From: Marinicella sp.
Lineage (GTDB): Bacteria; Pseudomonadota; Gammaproteobacteria; Xanthomonadales; Marinicellaceae
Direction: 5' to 3'
Assembly: GCA_965230295.1 (NCBI GenBank)
Contig: OZ246001.1
Span: 2,592,001-2,656,000, forward strand
Length of the DNA stretch: 64,000 bases
Position numbers and translations under genes: made by a program. Under the pieces are notes generated by a model. The model was not told the DNA's origin, did no database searches, and saw only the letters and a program-made list of their open reading frames with translations. Positions 1-10,400 of this stretch are shown in pieces. The first letter of the stretch is position 1. Every line of letters starts with the position of its first letter.

Positions 1-313
1 CTCGGTGCCTGACGATAAACAGATCGGTTTGCATGGCGTTTAAGGTTAATAAAGTGTCTTTGATGGTTTCGCCTTTCTGGGTTGATGAATGGTCAATGTT
101 CAAAGCCGTGACATCAACACCCAGGCGTTGACAAGCCATCTGAAATGAAGCCAGTGTCCGTGTCGAGTTCTCAAAAAACAAAGCCACGGCTGATCGACCT
201 TGGTGCCACTTTTGACGCTCGATTATTGGGGTGCTCTTGATCTTATTCGCGATTGAAAATAGCTGCTCAATGTCTTGTTTGGACAAAGATTTGATGTCTA
301 ATAAGTGCTTCAT
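1..313 (-). CDS. pyrB: Aspartate carbamoyltransferase catalytic subunit (5' part; runs off window start)
   Basis: Manual translation from ATG 313: MKHLLDIKSLSK...LFFENSTRTLASF...SSTQKGETIKDT...FIVRH, the carbamoyltransferase STRT and KGET motifs. ATGA overlap with the ruvX stop. Confidence 0.93.
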   Translation of the reverse strand, partial: MKHLLDIKSLSKQDIEQLFSIANKIKSTPIIERQKWHQGRSAVALFFENSTRTLASFQMACQRLGVDVTALNIDHSSTQKGETIKDTLLTLNAMQTDLFIVRHR

Positions 314-735
314 AGGTTTGTCGATTGGTCTAACCAGGATTGGAGGATGATTTGTGCTGCCATCGCATCGATTTGCGATTTGTGTTTGGCCTTACTTAAT
401 TGTGATGCCCTTTGATCTTTGAACTGTCTTTCAGCCGCAAAAGAAGTTAATCTTTCATCTACCCAGTGGACGGGTAGCTGGGTATGGTGTTTGACTTTTT
501 TACTGAAATTTTTTACTTGCCGAGTGATTTCTTGTTCTTCTCCATCCATGTCCAGGGGCAAGCCGATAACAATTTGGCCGATGTTCCATTCGGTGATGAT
601 GTGCTTCAATTCATGCCAAAATTGAGGGTTGTTTTTAAGGGTGGACAGGGGGTTGGCCACCTGGGTTAATGTTTGTCCTACTGCCAAGCCAATTCGCTTG
701 CTGCCGAAATCAATGCCCAAAATAAATTCAGGCAT
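310..735 (-). CDS. ruvX: YqgF/RuvX pre-16S rRNA nuclease (resolvase-like)
   Basis: ILGIDFGSKRIGLAVG, VIGLP, VDERLTS and IDAMAAQIILQ motifs. Start placed at ATG 735. Confidence 0.95.
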   Translation of the reverse strand: MPEFILGIDFGSKRIGLAVGQTLTQVANPLSTLKNNPQFWHELKHIITEWNIGQIVIGLPLDMDGEEQEITRQVKNFSKKVKHHTQLPVHWVDERLTSFAAERQFKDQRASQLSKAKHKSQIDAMAAQIILQSWLDQSTNL

Positions 736-1273
736 GGCCAATGTCGCCACTGAGTTGGTGTGCTTGAATTCCCATCAAGGCCAAAGCCAAGTCCCATTTA
801 TCCTGTTGGTGGTTAAAGATTAAACTTTCATCGGCAGGACCCAGCAACCATGCATGGTCAGCAATTTCTTGCTCAAGCTGTCCAGCGTCCCAAGTTGCAC
901 AGCCCAGCGCCATCAACCATCTGGCTTTGACTTTTTGTGATGCAATGGCTTTGATGATGTCTTTTGATGTGGTGAGAAAAACGTTGTCTGATACTTCCAA
1001 AGAACTGTCAAAGTCATGTGCTGATTGGTGCAGAATGAAACCGCATTGGGTGTTGACGGGGCCACCTTCATAGATGGCATGATCAGCACCTTCCAGGGAA
1101 GTTGGTATTTGTAAGCTTTCAAGTATTTCATTAAAGCCCACATCACTGTGCATATTGAGGTTGATCCCCAGTGCACCATGTTCGTTGTGCTCACAGATCA
1201 GGATCACTGCTTGCGCAAAACGTTCATCTTGCATGTCCGGAGTGGCAATGAGCAATTGATTGGTCAGATTCAT
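728..1273 (-). CDS. yqgE: YqgE/AlgH family protein
   Basis: LLIATPDMQDERF, GGPV, LGCATWDAGQLEQEI, C-terminal GHA. Adjacent to ruvX. Confidence 0.95.
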   Translation of the reverse strand: MNLTNQLLIATPDMQDERFAQAVILICEHNEHGALGINLNMHSDVGFNEILESLQIPTSLEGADHAIYEGGPVNTQCGFILHQSAHDFDSSLEVSDNVFLTTSKDIIKAIASQKVKARWLMALGCATWDAGQLEQEIADHAWLLGPADESLIFNHQQDKWDLALALMGIQAHQLSGDIGHA

Positions 1274-1401
1274 GGTTAAATTTTAACTGATTTTAAGATA
1301 AAAAAATGGCCCGCCAGATAAATTATGGAGGGATGTTGATCATATCTCAGTAAATGGGGGCGTTTAAGCCGATTAAAAGTCTGGTTGTTGAATAGGTCTT
1401 G

Positions 1402-2253
1402 TTATTTCTCACGCAGTAAATGACCTGGCAGGAATTGCCAAGTTCGGGTGATGTAAAGAATGTCTACTTTTTCTTTTGTTTCAGGCAACGGGTCAAACGG
1501 TTGGGCCAGTTGGACAATGTGTTTGGCTGCGTCGTCAAGAAATTTATAGTCTGATGGTTTGATGATTTTAATCTCATGGATGCTGCCATCACGTTTGATG
1601 CCTACCGATAACATCACATTACCGATGAATGATTTTTTCTTGGCTTGTTCGGGATAGTTTAAGTCACCGGTTCGTTCAATTTTGGTTACCCAATTGTTGA
1701 TGTAAGGAGCAAACTCATAAGCTTTGGTTTTACTCGAGACGTATTTGCTGCGTGGTTTCTTGGCATAGCGTTCAATTTTTTTAGCAATTTCATCTTGAAT
1801 TTTAGCCAGTCGTTGTTGCTTGGCCAGTTGTTGGTCTTTGGCCACTTCATTTTTTTTGTCTTGCTGTTTTTTGTTGTTGTGGGTTGGGGTACTGGCTGAT
1901 TGTGTGGTGACGACTTGGGTGTCATTTTGCTTGGTTTGTTGCTTGCGTTGTTCCCGGGTCATTTGTTTGGATTTGCCATCTTCGATGGGTGAGGTGGAGC
2001 TGAATGGGTTGGTCGGTCGGCTTTGTTGGTCCTGATTACCACCGCCTAACTGATTGTTGGCCGCCAAAAAATCTGCTTCATCCGGAGCTTCCAAATTTGA
2101 TTTCTTGGACAAGATAACATCCATACTGTGCACCACATCTGGATCTCGATCGGTGTAACTGAATGAAATGCCTAATATCACCACTGACAAAGCCAATATT
2201 GCCAATGTAAAAGTCATGACATTTTTGTCTTTGTTGGTGATTTTAGGTCTCAT
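1402..2253 (-). CDS. TonB-family energy transducer (TonB3-like)
   Basis: N-terminal TM helix, ADFLAANNQLGGG, TonB C-domain (NYPEQA...LDDAAKHIV...ITRTWQF). Position between gshB and yqgE matches Pseudomonas tonB3. Confidence 0.85.
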   Translation of the reverse strand: MRPKITNKDKNVMTFTLAILALSVVILGISFSYTDRDPDVVHSMDVILSKKSNLEAPDEADFLAANNQLGGGNQDQQSRPTNPFSSTSPIEDGKSKQMTREQRKQQTKQNDTQVVTTQSASTPTHNNKKQQDKKNEVAKDQQLAKQQRLAKIQDEIAKKIERYAKKPRSKYVSSKTKAYEFAPYINNWVTKIERTGDLNYPEQAKKKSFIGNVMLSVGIKRDGSIHEIKIIKPSDYKFLDDAAKHIVQLAQPFDPLPETKEKVDILYITRTWQFLPGHLLREK

Positions 2254-3194
2254 AAGATTTCTTGTTCAATACAATCAAATAGATCTCCGGCAATGTCTAA
2301 GTCATAAATCTCATCCAATTCTCTGATGCAGGTAGGGCTGGTGACATTGACTTCGGTGAGGTAGTCGCCAATCACATCAATGCCTGCAAACACGATTCCC
2401 ATGGATTTTAATACAGGACCAACAATTTCAGCAATGCGCCAATCATTGCGTGATAGTGGCACACCTTGACCTGTTCCACCTTTGGCCAGGTTGCCCCTGA
2501 AATCACTGGCAGATGGAATTCTGGCCAAAGCATAAGGAACGGCTTGGCCGTTAATGAGCAATATCCTTTTGTCTCCCTGGGTGATGTCTGGGATGTATTT
2601 CTGAATCATGGTGGTTTTGGTGCCATTTTGTGTCACTGTTTCCAAAATCACACTCAAGTTTTTATCTTGGGCACTTGTTTTGAAAATTGAATTGCCACCC
2701 ATGCCATCCATGGGTTTGACAATCACATCCCCCATATCTTTGACAAAGTCTTTAAGAATATTGGCGTTTCTGGAGATGATGTTTTCCGGGGTGCAATCAG
2801 GGAATGATTCGGTGAAAAATTTCTCATTGGCATCACGCAATGCTTGTGGTTTGTTGATGATGTGCGTGGTGTCAGAACTGGCATGTTCCAGGATGTAAGT
2901 ATCCATGATGTATTCCATGTCAAACGGCGGGTCTTTGCGCATCAGAACGACATCAAACTCATGCAGCGAGGTGGTTTGTCGAGGTGCCAAAGTGAACCAA
3001 TTTTGTGGCTGGTCCTGTACCTGAATGACATGGCTATTGGCTTGGGCCCGGCCATTGGCAATAAACAACTGATCAGCGGTTATGTAGTGGCTTTCATAGC
3101 CGCGTTTTTGGGCGGCTAACAGCATGGCAAAACTGGAATCTTTATGGGGTTTTATGGATTCAATGGGGTCCATGACCACAGCAAGTCTAGGCAT
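2250..3194 (-). CDS. gshB: Glutathione synthetase
   Basis: VVMDPI, MRKDPPFD, KPMDGMGG, GDKRIL, RGNLAKGG, EVNVTSPTC motifs. Confidence 0.97.
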   Translation of the reverse strand: MPRLAVVMDPIESIKPHKDSSFAMLLAAQKRGYESHYITADQLFIANGRAQANSHVIQVQDQPQNWFTLAPRQTTSLHEFDVVLMRKDPPFDMEYIMDTYILEHASSDTTHIINKPQALRDANEKFFTESFPDCTPENIISRNANILKDFVKDMGDVIVKPMDGMGGNSIFKTSAQDKNLSVILETVTQNGTKTTMIQKYIPDITQGDKRILLINGQAVPYALARIPSASDFRGNLAKGGTGQGVPLSRNDWRIAEIVGPVLKSMGIVFAGIDVIGDYLTEVNVTSPTCIRELDEIYDLDIAGDLFDCIEQEIL

Positions 3195-3589
3195 ATTAGG
3201 GCAAGCATTAATTGTGAATTGTAAGGAATTATAATAAGCTAAAGCGTTGGGTTAAATAGCGTAAGTCAATTTATCCGTAAATAATATCATGGTGAATCAT
3301 AAAAAGTGTGTGTATGAATACCTGCAATTCTCTTCCTGGCTCAGGAATAAGCTGTGTTTTGCTTGATGATTTTCGGACAAATGGTTTAATTTTAATTTGT
3401 TTTTCTGACAGCCAACTTATGTCAGGATTTCATTTCGGGATAAAAAATTTTGGCCAATTAGAAAAATATGTTTTGTAATCGTGTGCAAAATGAGTTATTT
3501 TCTTGAGAATGACATACTTACAAAGGTATCCTCATGAATAGTGTGAATAACATTTCAATACATAAGGCAAAATATAGTTTGGAGAAATT

Positions 3590-3970
3590 ATGAATTTAGA
3601 AGGTTTAAAAGTGATGGTGATAGATGACAGTAAGACCATTCGCCGAACCGCAGAAACTTTATTAAAAAAAGAAGGGTGTGATGTCATCACAGTTGATAAT
3701 GGTTATGAAGCCTTGTCGCAAATTTCAGATTTAGAACCTCATATTATTTTTGTCGACATCATGATGCCTCGTTTGGATGGGTATAAAACGTGTGCATTGA
3801 TCAAAATGAACAGTGAACACAAGTCGACACCAGTTATCATGCTTTCGAGTAAAGATGGGTTGTTTGACAAAGCCAAAGGGCGTGTTGTTGGTGCAGAGGA
3901 ATACCTGACCAAACCATTTACCAAAGAAGAGTTAATTGAAGCCATTGAAAAACACGTTAAAAGAGATTAA
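3590..3970 (+). CDS. pilG: Twitching motility response regulator PilG
   Basis: KVMVIDDSKTIRRTAETLL, FVDIMMPRLDGY, MLSSKDGLFDKAKGRVVG: characteristic PilG sequence. Divergent from gshB. Confidence 0.95.
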   Translation: MNLEGLKVMVIDDSKTIRRTAETLLKKEGCDVITVDNGYEALSQISDLEPHIIFVDIMMPRLDGYKTCALIKMNSEHKSTPVIMLSSKDGLFDKAKGRVVGAEEYLTKPFTKEELIEAIEKHVKRD

Positions 3971-3975
3971 TTCAG

Positions 3976-4521
3976 ATGAGTAAACAAATCATTAAACCAT
4001 TTGAGCTGTTGCTTGAATATGAAAAAAGAAGTGTATCTCATGCATTGGGAACTGCCGAGGAAGAAACGGACTTGGGTGATTGGTCTGGAATCGGTTTTAA
4101 GATTGGCGAAATTCACTTGGTTTCAGAAGTGGATGATGTCAATGAGGTGGTCATTTTGCCGGAGTTGGTAAAAATTCCCGGGATAGATAACTGGGTGCTG
4201 GGTTTGGTTAACATCAGAAGTAACTTGATCCCAGCCATTGACTTGCGATCTTATTTAACTGGCGAATCAGCCAAATTGACTAAACATTCAAGGATGTTGG
4301 TGATCAATCAACCTGGAGGCCAAGCTGGTTTGGTGGTTGATGAAGTATTTGGTCAAAGACATTTTAAACAAAGCCAATGGGAAGATGTTGAGGGGGAAGA
4401 CGACTCACGCATATATTCTTATTGTGATAAATTTTTCAGCCATGAAGATGTGGTTTGGAATGTGTTTGCAATGGATCAATTGGTCCAAGATGCAAAATTC
4501 CAAAACGCATCCATTAAGTAA
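3976..4521 (+). CDS. pilI: CheW-like adaptor PilI
   Basis: WSGIGFKIG, WVLGLVNIRSNLIPAIDL, GLVVDEVFGQRHF. Position in the operon. Confidence 0.9.
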   Translation: MSKQIIKPFELLLEYEKRSVSHALGTAEEETDLGDWSGIGFKIGEIHLVSEVDDVNEVVILPELVKIPGIDNWVLGLVNIRSNLIPAIDLRSYLTGESAKLTKHSRMLVINQPGGQAGLVVDEVFGQRHFKQSQWEDVEGEDDSRIYSYCDKFFSHEDVVWNVFAMDQLVQDAKFQNASIK

Positions 4522-4539
4522 AAAACGAGGTAGAATTAT

Positions 4540-6558
4540 ATGAGCAGTTCAGCTGTAGATTTGGATCAAAGAACTCGAACGTTGCCCCTGTGGCAACTGA
4601 TGGTGCTGGTGATACTGGTATTGTCATTCTTTGGGCATTCATATTGGTTAGCCACAATTGAGTCAGACCGAACAGATCATTTGACTGAAACTGACAAAGT
4701 GCGAATTAAGGCACAGCAATTGGCTCAATATGCCAAACAGGCTTCGTCAGGTGATGTTGATGCGTTTGATGAGCTCATCACGGATCGGAGGATCATTGAT
4801 GACACGGTGAGGGCTTTGCGAGATGGTAATGACCAGTACCCGTCCTTGCCCACTGATGTTTTGCCGCGCTTCAATGCGTTGACAGAAAAGTGGTCAAACA
4901 TGAATACCAACGCTTTAACGATCATCAATCAAAGAGATCGAATTGAGGAGTTGACTGACATTTCCGATAAATTTGCTTCAGAAATTCCAATATTACAGGC
5001 CAGTTCTGATGCCGTCGTTAAGCGGTTGGTTGCGATCAATGAAAACAGAAGCTTGATTTATTTAGCCTCACAACAATTGGTATTGGCTGACCGAATGTTG
5101 CGTCGCATGAGCGAGATTTTGAAAGGTGGTGCAGCATCCATTCAAGCTGCAGACAGTTTGGACCGTGATGCCAGGATGTTCCAGGAAGTCATGACGGGTA
5201 TGTTCAATGGTAATGATCAGATCAGAGCCGTGACTGATGACCAGGCCATTGAATCCTTGGGTCGTGTTTATTCTGCTTTCGATAGCGTACAAGCGGATAT
5301 ATCTACAGTATTGGGTGCGATGGAATTGTTTGATGCCCAAACCGCAGCTGCTGATATTGAAATTGATACAGAGTTGTTTGTTGAAGACGCTGAGCAACTC
5401 AGGGAACAGTTAGCCAGCAGAACGCAAAATGTACCTTCAGACATTGTGGGATGGTCAATTGCGGGTTTGTCATTCCTGTGGTTGTTGTGGATCTTCAGGA
5501 CATTGTCAAAAAATGACCGGATTCGGGCAGCTGTTGCGCAAGATCAGAATGAACGAAATCAACAAGCGATTCTGCGTTTGCTTGATGAAATGGGCTCATT
5601 GGCAGATGGTGACTTAACTGTGAATGCGACAGTATCAGAGGACATCACGGGTGCGATCGCTGACTCGGTCAACTTCGCGATTGAAGCATTGAGGTCGTTG
5701 GTGAAAACGATTAATGACGCATCAGTGGGTGTGGCCTCAGCGGCCCAGGAAGCCCAAGCTACAGCGATGCATCTGGCCGAAGCTTCAGAGCATCAGGCAA
5801 CCCAAATTACCAACGCATCTGCAGCCATTAACGAAATTGCCGTTTCCATTGATGAGGTTTCGAAGAACTCACTAGAGTCAGCCGACGTGGCGCAGCGTTC
5901 GGTATTGATCGCACATAACGGCGCTGAGGTAGTGCGAGACACCATTAAGGGCATGAACAACATCCGGACGCAGATCCAAGACACCTCTAAGCGGATTAAG
6001 CGATTAGGTGAGAGTTCGCAAGAAATTGGTAACATCGTAGAATTGATTAATGACATTGCCGAACAAACAAATATTTTGGCCTTGAACGCAGCGATTCAGG
6101 CGGCATCATCTGGTGAATCAGGGCGTGGTTTCGCGGTGGTTGCCGATGAGGTACAGCAGTTGGCTGAAAGGGCTTCCAGTGCGACCAGACAAATTGAGGG
6201 CATTGTGAAAACCATTCAAACCGATACCAATGAAGCGGTACGTTCAATGGAACAAACGACGTCAGAAGTGGTGGGCGGAGCTCGCAAAGCAGAGGATGCG
6301 GGTGAGGCGTTGACCGAAATTGAAACGGTATCGAATGACTTGGCGGAATTGATTCAAAACATCTCAGAAGCAGCACGACAACAATCGGTTGCTGCCACCA
6401 ACATTTCTGGAACGATGAACGTGATTCAAGAAATTACCACCCAAACATCGGCAGGTACACAACAGACCGCTGAATCGATTGGTAACTTAGTGGAATTGGC
6501 GACTGAGTTAAGAAAATCGGTAGAAGACTTTAAATTGCCAGACGACGAATTTTTCTGA
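4540..6558 (+). CDS. pilJ: Methyl-accepting chemotaxis protein PilJ
   Basis: Two TM helices, NQQAILRLLDEMGSLADGDLT, MCP hairpin IAEQTNILALNAAIQAA...GRGFAVVADEVQQLAER. Confidence 0.95.
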   Translation: MSSSAVDLDQRTRTLPLWQLMVLVILVLSFFGHSYWLATIESDRTDHLTETDKVRIKAQQLAQYAKQASSGDVDAFDELITDRRIIDDTVRALRDGNDQYPSLPTDVLPRFNALTEKWSNMNTNALTIINQRDRIEELTDISDKFASEIPILQASSDAVVKRLVAINENRSLIYLASQQLVLADRMLRRMSEILKGGAASIQAADSLDRDARMFQEVMTGMFNGNDQIRAVTDDQAIESLGRVYSAFDSVQADISTVLGAMELFDAQTAAADIEIDTELFVEDAEQLREQLASRTQNVPSDIVGWSIAGLSFLWLLWIFRTLSKNDRIRAAVAQDQNERNQQAILRLLDEMGSLADGDLTVNATVSEDITGAIADSVNFAIEALRSLVKTINDASVGVASAAQEAQATAMHLAEASEHQATQITNASAAINEIAVSIDEVSKNSLESADVAQRSVLIAHNGAEVVRDTIKGMNNIRTQIQDTSKRIKRLGESSQEIGNIVELINDIAEQTNILALNAAIQAASSGESGRGFAVVADEVQQLAERASSATRQIEGIVKTIQTDTNEAVRSMEQTTSEVVGGARKAEDAGEALTEIETVSNDLAELIQNISEAARQQSVAATNISGTMNVIQEITTQTSAGTQQTAESIGNLVELATELRKSVEDFKLPDDEFF

Positions 6559-6584
6559 TTAAAAACGAATAAGTATGCTAACTG

Positions 6585-7445
6585 ATGTACAAAATGTATA
6601 GCAATCAAACTTACATACAAATTTCTCCTTTAACGGAGGAAGAGTATTTGCGTTGGTCCGGATTGTTGGCTGAACGACTGGGCATCATTGTTCCTAAAGA
6701 AAGGAAGATGTTCTTACAATCAAAAATTTGGTCAAGAATGCGGGAAATAGGTTACGAGGACTACGGTAAATATTGGGACTACATCAACTCAGGGATAGAG
6801 GGTAACCTTGAGTGGTCGCAATTGGTTGATCGTTTAACAGTGCATGAAACTTCTTTTTTCCGACACCAGCCTTCATTTGAGTTGGTGCAAGAAGACCTGA
6901 GTGAGAAAATACTGAAGGCCAAAGGAACGCTTAAATACAAAATCTGGTCAGTCAGTTGTGCCACTGGTGAAGAAGCTTATTCATTGGCATTGTTGGCCCA
7001 CCATATTTGTAAACAGAACGAGAAAAAATCCTATTTTGGTGTGACAGCAACCGACGTCAGCAGTCCTGCAGTGGCATTGGCAAAACAGGCTTTTTATTCA
7101 ATGGATAAATTAACAACCATTGACAAATCATTGCATGAGGGGCTAGAAACCCTGAACCATGAAATGTTCACCATCAAAGATGTCATTAAAAAACGAATGG
7201 CTTTTGGGGTGTTTAACTTATTGGACGTCAACAAACCTTCAAATATCAAGTATGACGTTATCTACTGTCAAAATGTATTGATGTATTTTGACAAATCAGT
7301 AAGGGAACAAATTTTGAACGGACTGGTTAACTATCTAAACCGGGATGGTCTTTTGGTACTGGGTCAAACAGAAATTAATGCTTGGTCTCACCAGAAAATG
7401 AAACGTGTCAACAAAAACAGAACTTTGGCATTCAGATTGAAATAA
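6585..7445 (+). CDS. pilK: CheR-type methyltransferase PilK
   Basis: LTVHETSFFRH, IWSVSCATGEEAYS, DVIYCQNVLMYF. Confidence 0.9.
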   Translation: MYKMYSNQTYIQISPLTEEEYLRWSGLLAERLGIIVPKERKMFLQSKIWSRMREIGYEDYGKYWDYINSGIEGNLEWSQLVDRLTVHETSFFRHQPSFELVQEDLSEKILKAKGTLKYKIWSVSCATGEEAYSLALLAHHICKQNEKKSYFGVTATDVSSPAVALAKQAFYSMDKLTTIDKSLHEGLETLNHEMFTIKDVIKKRMAFGVFNLLDVNKPSNIKYDVIYCQNVLMYFDKSVREQILNGLVNYLNRDGLLVLGQTEINAWSHQKMKRVNKNRTLAFRLK

Positions 7446-7446
7446 T

Positions 7447-10400
7447 ATGAGTAATATAGAACAAATAGATTTTTCAACTTTAACATGGGTTAAAACCGAA
7501 CTTGATGAAACATTGAATCGAGCCAAGGAAGCATTAAAAGCTTATGTTGAAGACTCCGAAGACACCAATCAATTGCAATTTTGTGTCACCTATTTGCACC
7601 AAATACAAGGCACATTAAAAATGGTTGAATTGTATGGTGCTGCGATGGTGGCAGAAGAGATGGAGTGGGTGGCCAAAGATTTAATTGATGGCAAAATCAC
7701 CGATGACGATGCCGCTTATGAAGTTTTGATGCAAAGTATTTTGCAATTGCCTGATTACCTCGAGCGCATTGAATTAGGACACAAAGATGTCCCCATTGTC
7801 TTGCTTCCACTGGTCAACGACTTAAGGGCTGTCAGGAGTCAAAAGCTGCTGTCTGAAAGTGCCTTATTTAACCCCAACCTGGAATTAGGAGTTCCTGACC
7901 GGATCAATGAAAATGATGTTTCATTGAAGGGTAATCAGCTGAAAACAGCCTTATTAAAAATCCGTTCTATCTACCAGATCGCTTTATTGAATTGGATCAG
8001 GAACGGTGATGACAGCAAAGGCCTGAATAACATGCAATTGGTTATTTCAAAGCTGCAGATGATTTTGTCTCAGCAGTATTTAAAACAATTGTTTTGGGCG
8101 TTTTCAGGTGTGATAGAAGGTTTGGTAAGCAAAACCATTGACGACAGTTTCTCAGTTAAGCAAATTGCCGGTAAAGTTGATCATTTAATCAAAGAATTGA
8201 TTGATGGCAGCCCCCATACAAAATCGAGCTCACGTGCCATTACACGTAACATGTTGTATTACATTGCGATCAGTGAAGAAAGTGGTCGCATGGCAAAAGA
8301 AATCAAAGAGTTTTTTAATTTAAGCCAGTTCATTCCTGATCAAGATGAAATTAAACATGCGGAAGGGAGCTTGTCTGGTAAGAACAAAGAGCTGTTGCAA
8401 ACTGTTTCTGAAGCCATTAATGATGATGTTTTGGTGGTCCAAGAATCTTTGGACTTATTCATACGTAATAAGTCAGCACAAGTTGATGAATTGGCACCTT
8501 TGTTAGAAAACTTACAGAAGATTGGTGATACTTTGGGCATCCTTGGTTTGGGTGTTGCCCGCGAGTCAGTTAACGAACATCAAGGTAAATTGAAAGAGTT
8601 GGTAGACAACAACACCAGACCATCAGATGATGAGTTGTTAGATGTGGCCAAGACCTTACTACAAATTGAGTCACAATTGGGTGACCACATCCAGTCATTG
8701 GGAGTGGCTGATGAATCGATCAGTGAAGACCAGGATGCCATTCCGAAGTCAGAGCAAAAAGCCATTTTGCAACAATTGGCTAAAGAATCAATCATTAACT
8801 TACAACAAATCAAGACCAATTTCGTGGCTTTCATCGAATCACCATGGGATAAAAACCAGGTTAAAGACAACCCACGCCTGCTAAAAGACATCGCAGGGGC
8901 CATGAAAATTTTGAATTTAAGTGAAGCTGGAAGACACTTAGACCAAATCATCAGTTATGTTAACGAAGATATTTTAGGCAAAAAATCTAAGCCTTCGGCC
9001 ATGCAACTGGAGCAATTGGCTACGGTTATTTCGTCATTAGAGTACTACCTGGAAAACTTGGATCAGGGTAAACGCATCCGTGACAGCCTGTTATCTGAAG
9101 TGGGTGTGCAGATTGAGCAGTTACAACATCAAGCATCACAAGAAACAGACAGACCTGATGAAGATGAGCCTGCTGTGAATGAAGAAGCAACAGAAGAGGT
9201 GTCTGAAACCGTTGAAGATGAAGAGGAAACGGTTACTGAAGAGGCATCTGAGGATCAAGCGACGGTAGAATCTGCGGAAGCTGGTGAAGAACAAGGCGCA
9301 GATACTGACACTGAAACAGGAGCACAAGCTGAAGAATCAACCGCTGAAGAAGTGATTGAAGCATCAACCTTGGTGGTGGATTTTGGTGATGATGTTGATG
9401 AAGAAATCAAGGAAGTGTTCCTGGAAGAGTTCGAAGAAGAACTTGCCAACATGAAGGAAAGACACAGCAGTTGGAAAGAAGACCCGGAAGAAAATGCGGA
9501 TAAATTGGTTGAAATTAGACGCATTTTTCATACTTTGAAAGGCAGTGGTCGTTTGGTGGGTGCTGAAGCCATTGGCGAGTTTGGTTGGCAATTAGAAAAC
9601 ATGTGTAACCGGTTGTTGGATGGTGGCATCAACCATTCAACTGATTTCAGGGAGGTATTGAGCTCAGGGGTGGAGATGGCTGATGGCCTGTTCACAGCAT
9701 TGCAAGAAAAGAGTACCGTGCCAGCTGGATACAACACGGTTCTACAAAATGCTGAAAATGTCAGCAATGGGTCACCGCTGGTAACTGCGATTGAAGTGGT
9801 TAAAGATTCTGAAGATGAGCTTGCAGAAGCGGCTGATACTGCAGAAGAAATGATCGATGAAAGTGTGGTTGATGAGGTGGTTGAAGATTCAGCTGAAGCT
9901 GTTGTTGAGGAAGCAGAAGAAGTGGCAGAAAATGTTGAAGAAGCCGCTACTGAAGATGACCAAGAAGAACTGGAAACGGAAGAGTTGCAACTGGAAGACT
10001 TAGAACTTGATGAGTCAGAACTCGAAGAAGCTGAAGTACCTGTTGATGAGGCAACAGATGTTGAAGTAACCTCCGAAGAAGATCCTGTTGAAGAAGATGC
10101 TGATGAAGACAGTGAAGAGGATTTAAGTTTAGATTTTGTTCAGTATGACCTTGAAGAACTACAGGAAGAAGCCGCAGAAGAACAAGCCGCAGAGGAACAA
10201 GCAGAAGAGGCTGAGTCTCAAGATGAAGATGTCGAAGCCGAAGAGGCTGAGGAAGACATGGCTTTGGAGTTTGACCTGGGAGATATTTCACTTGACCTGG
10301 GTGAGGACATTGAGCCTGAACAAGAATCTGAAGAAGCGGCTGATGTCGCAGAAGAACAGTCAGAAGAAGTTGCTGAGACAGCAGAGCTGGTCAGCAGTGA

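Noticed and set aside
3195-3589. Hidden pilH, small ORF or CRP/Vfr site in the gshB-pilG gap
   Set aside because: Only very short ORFs and no convincing TGTGA-N6-TCACA; one small hairpin (TTCCTG-GCT-CAGGAA) is too weak to call.
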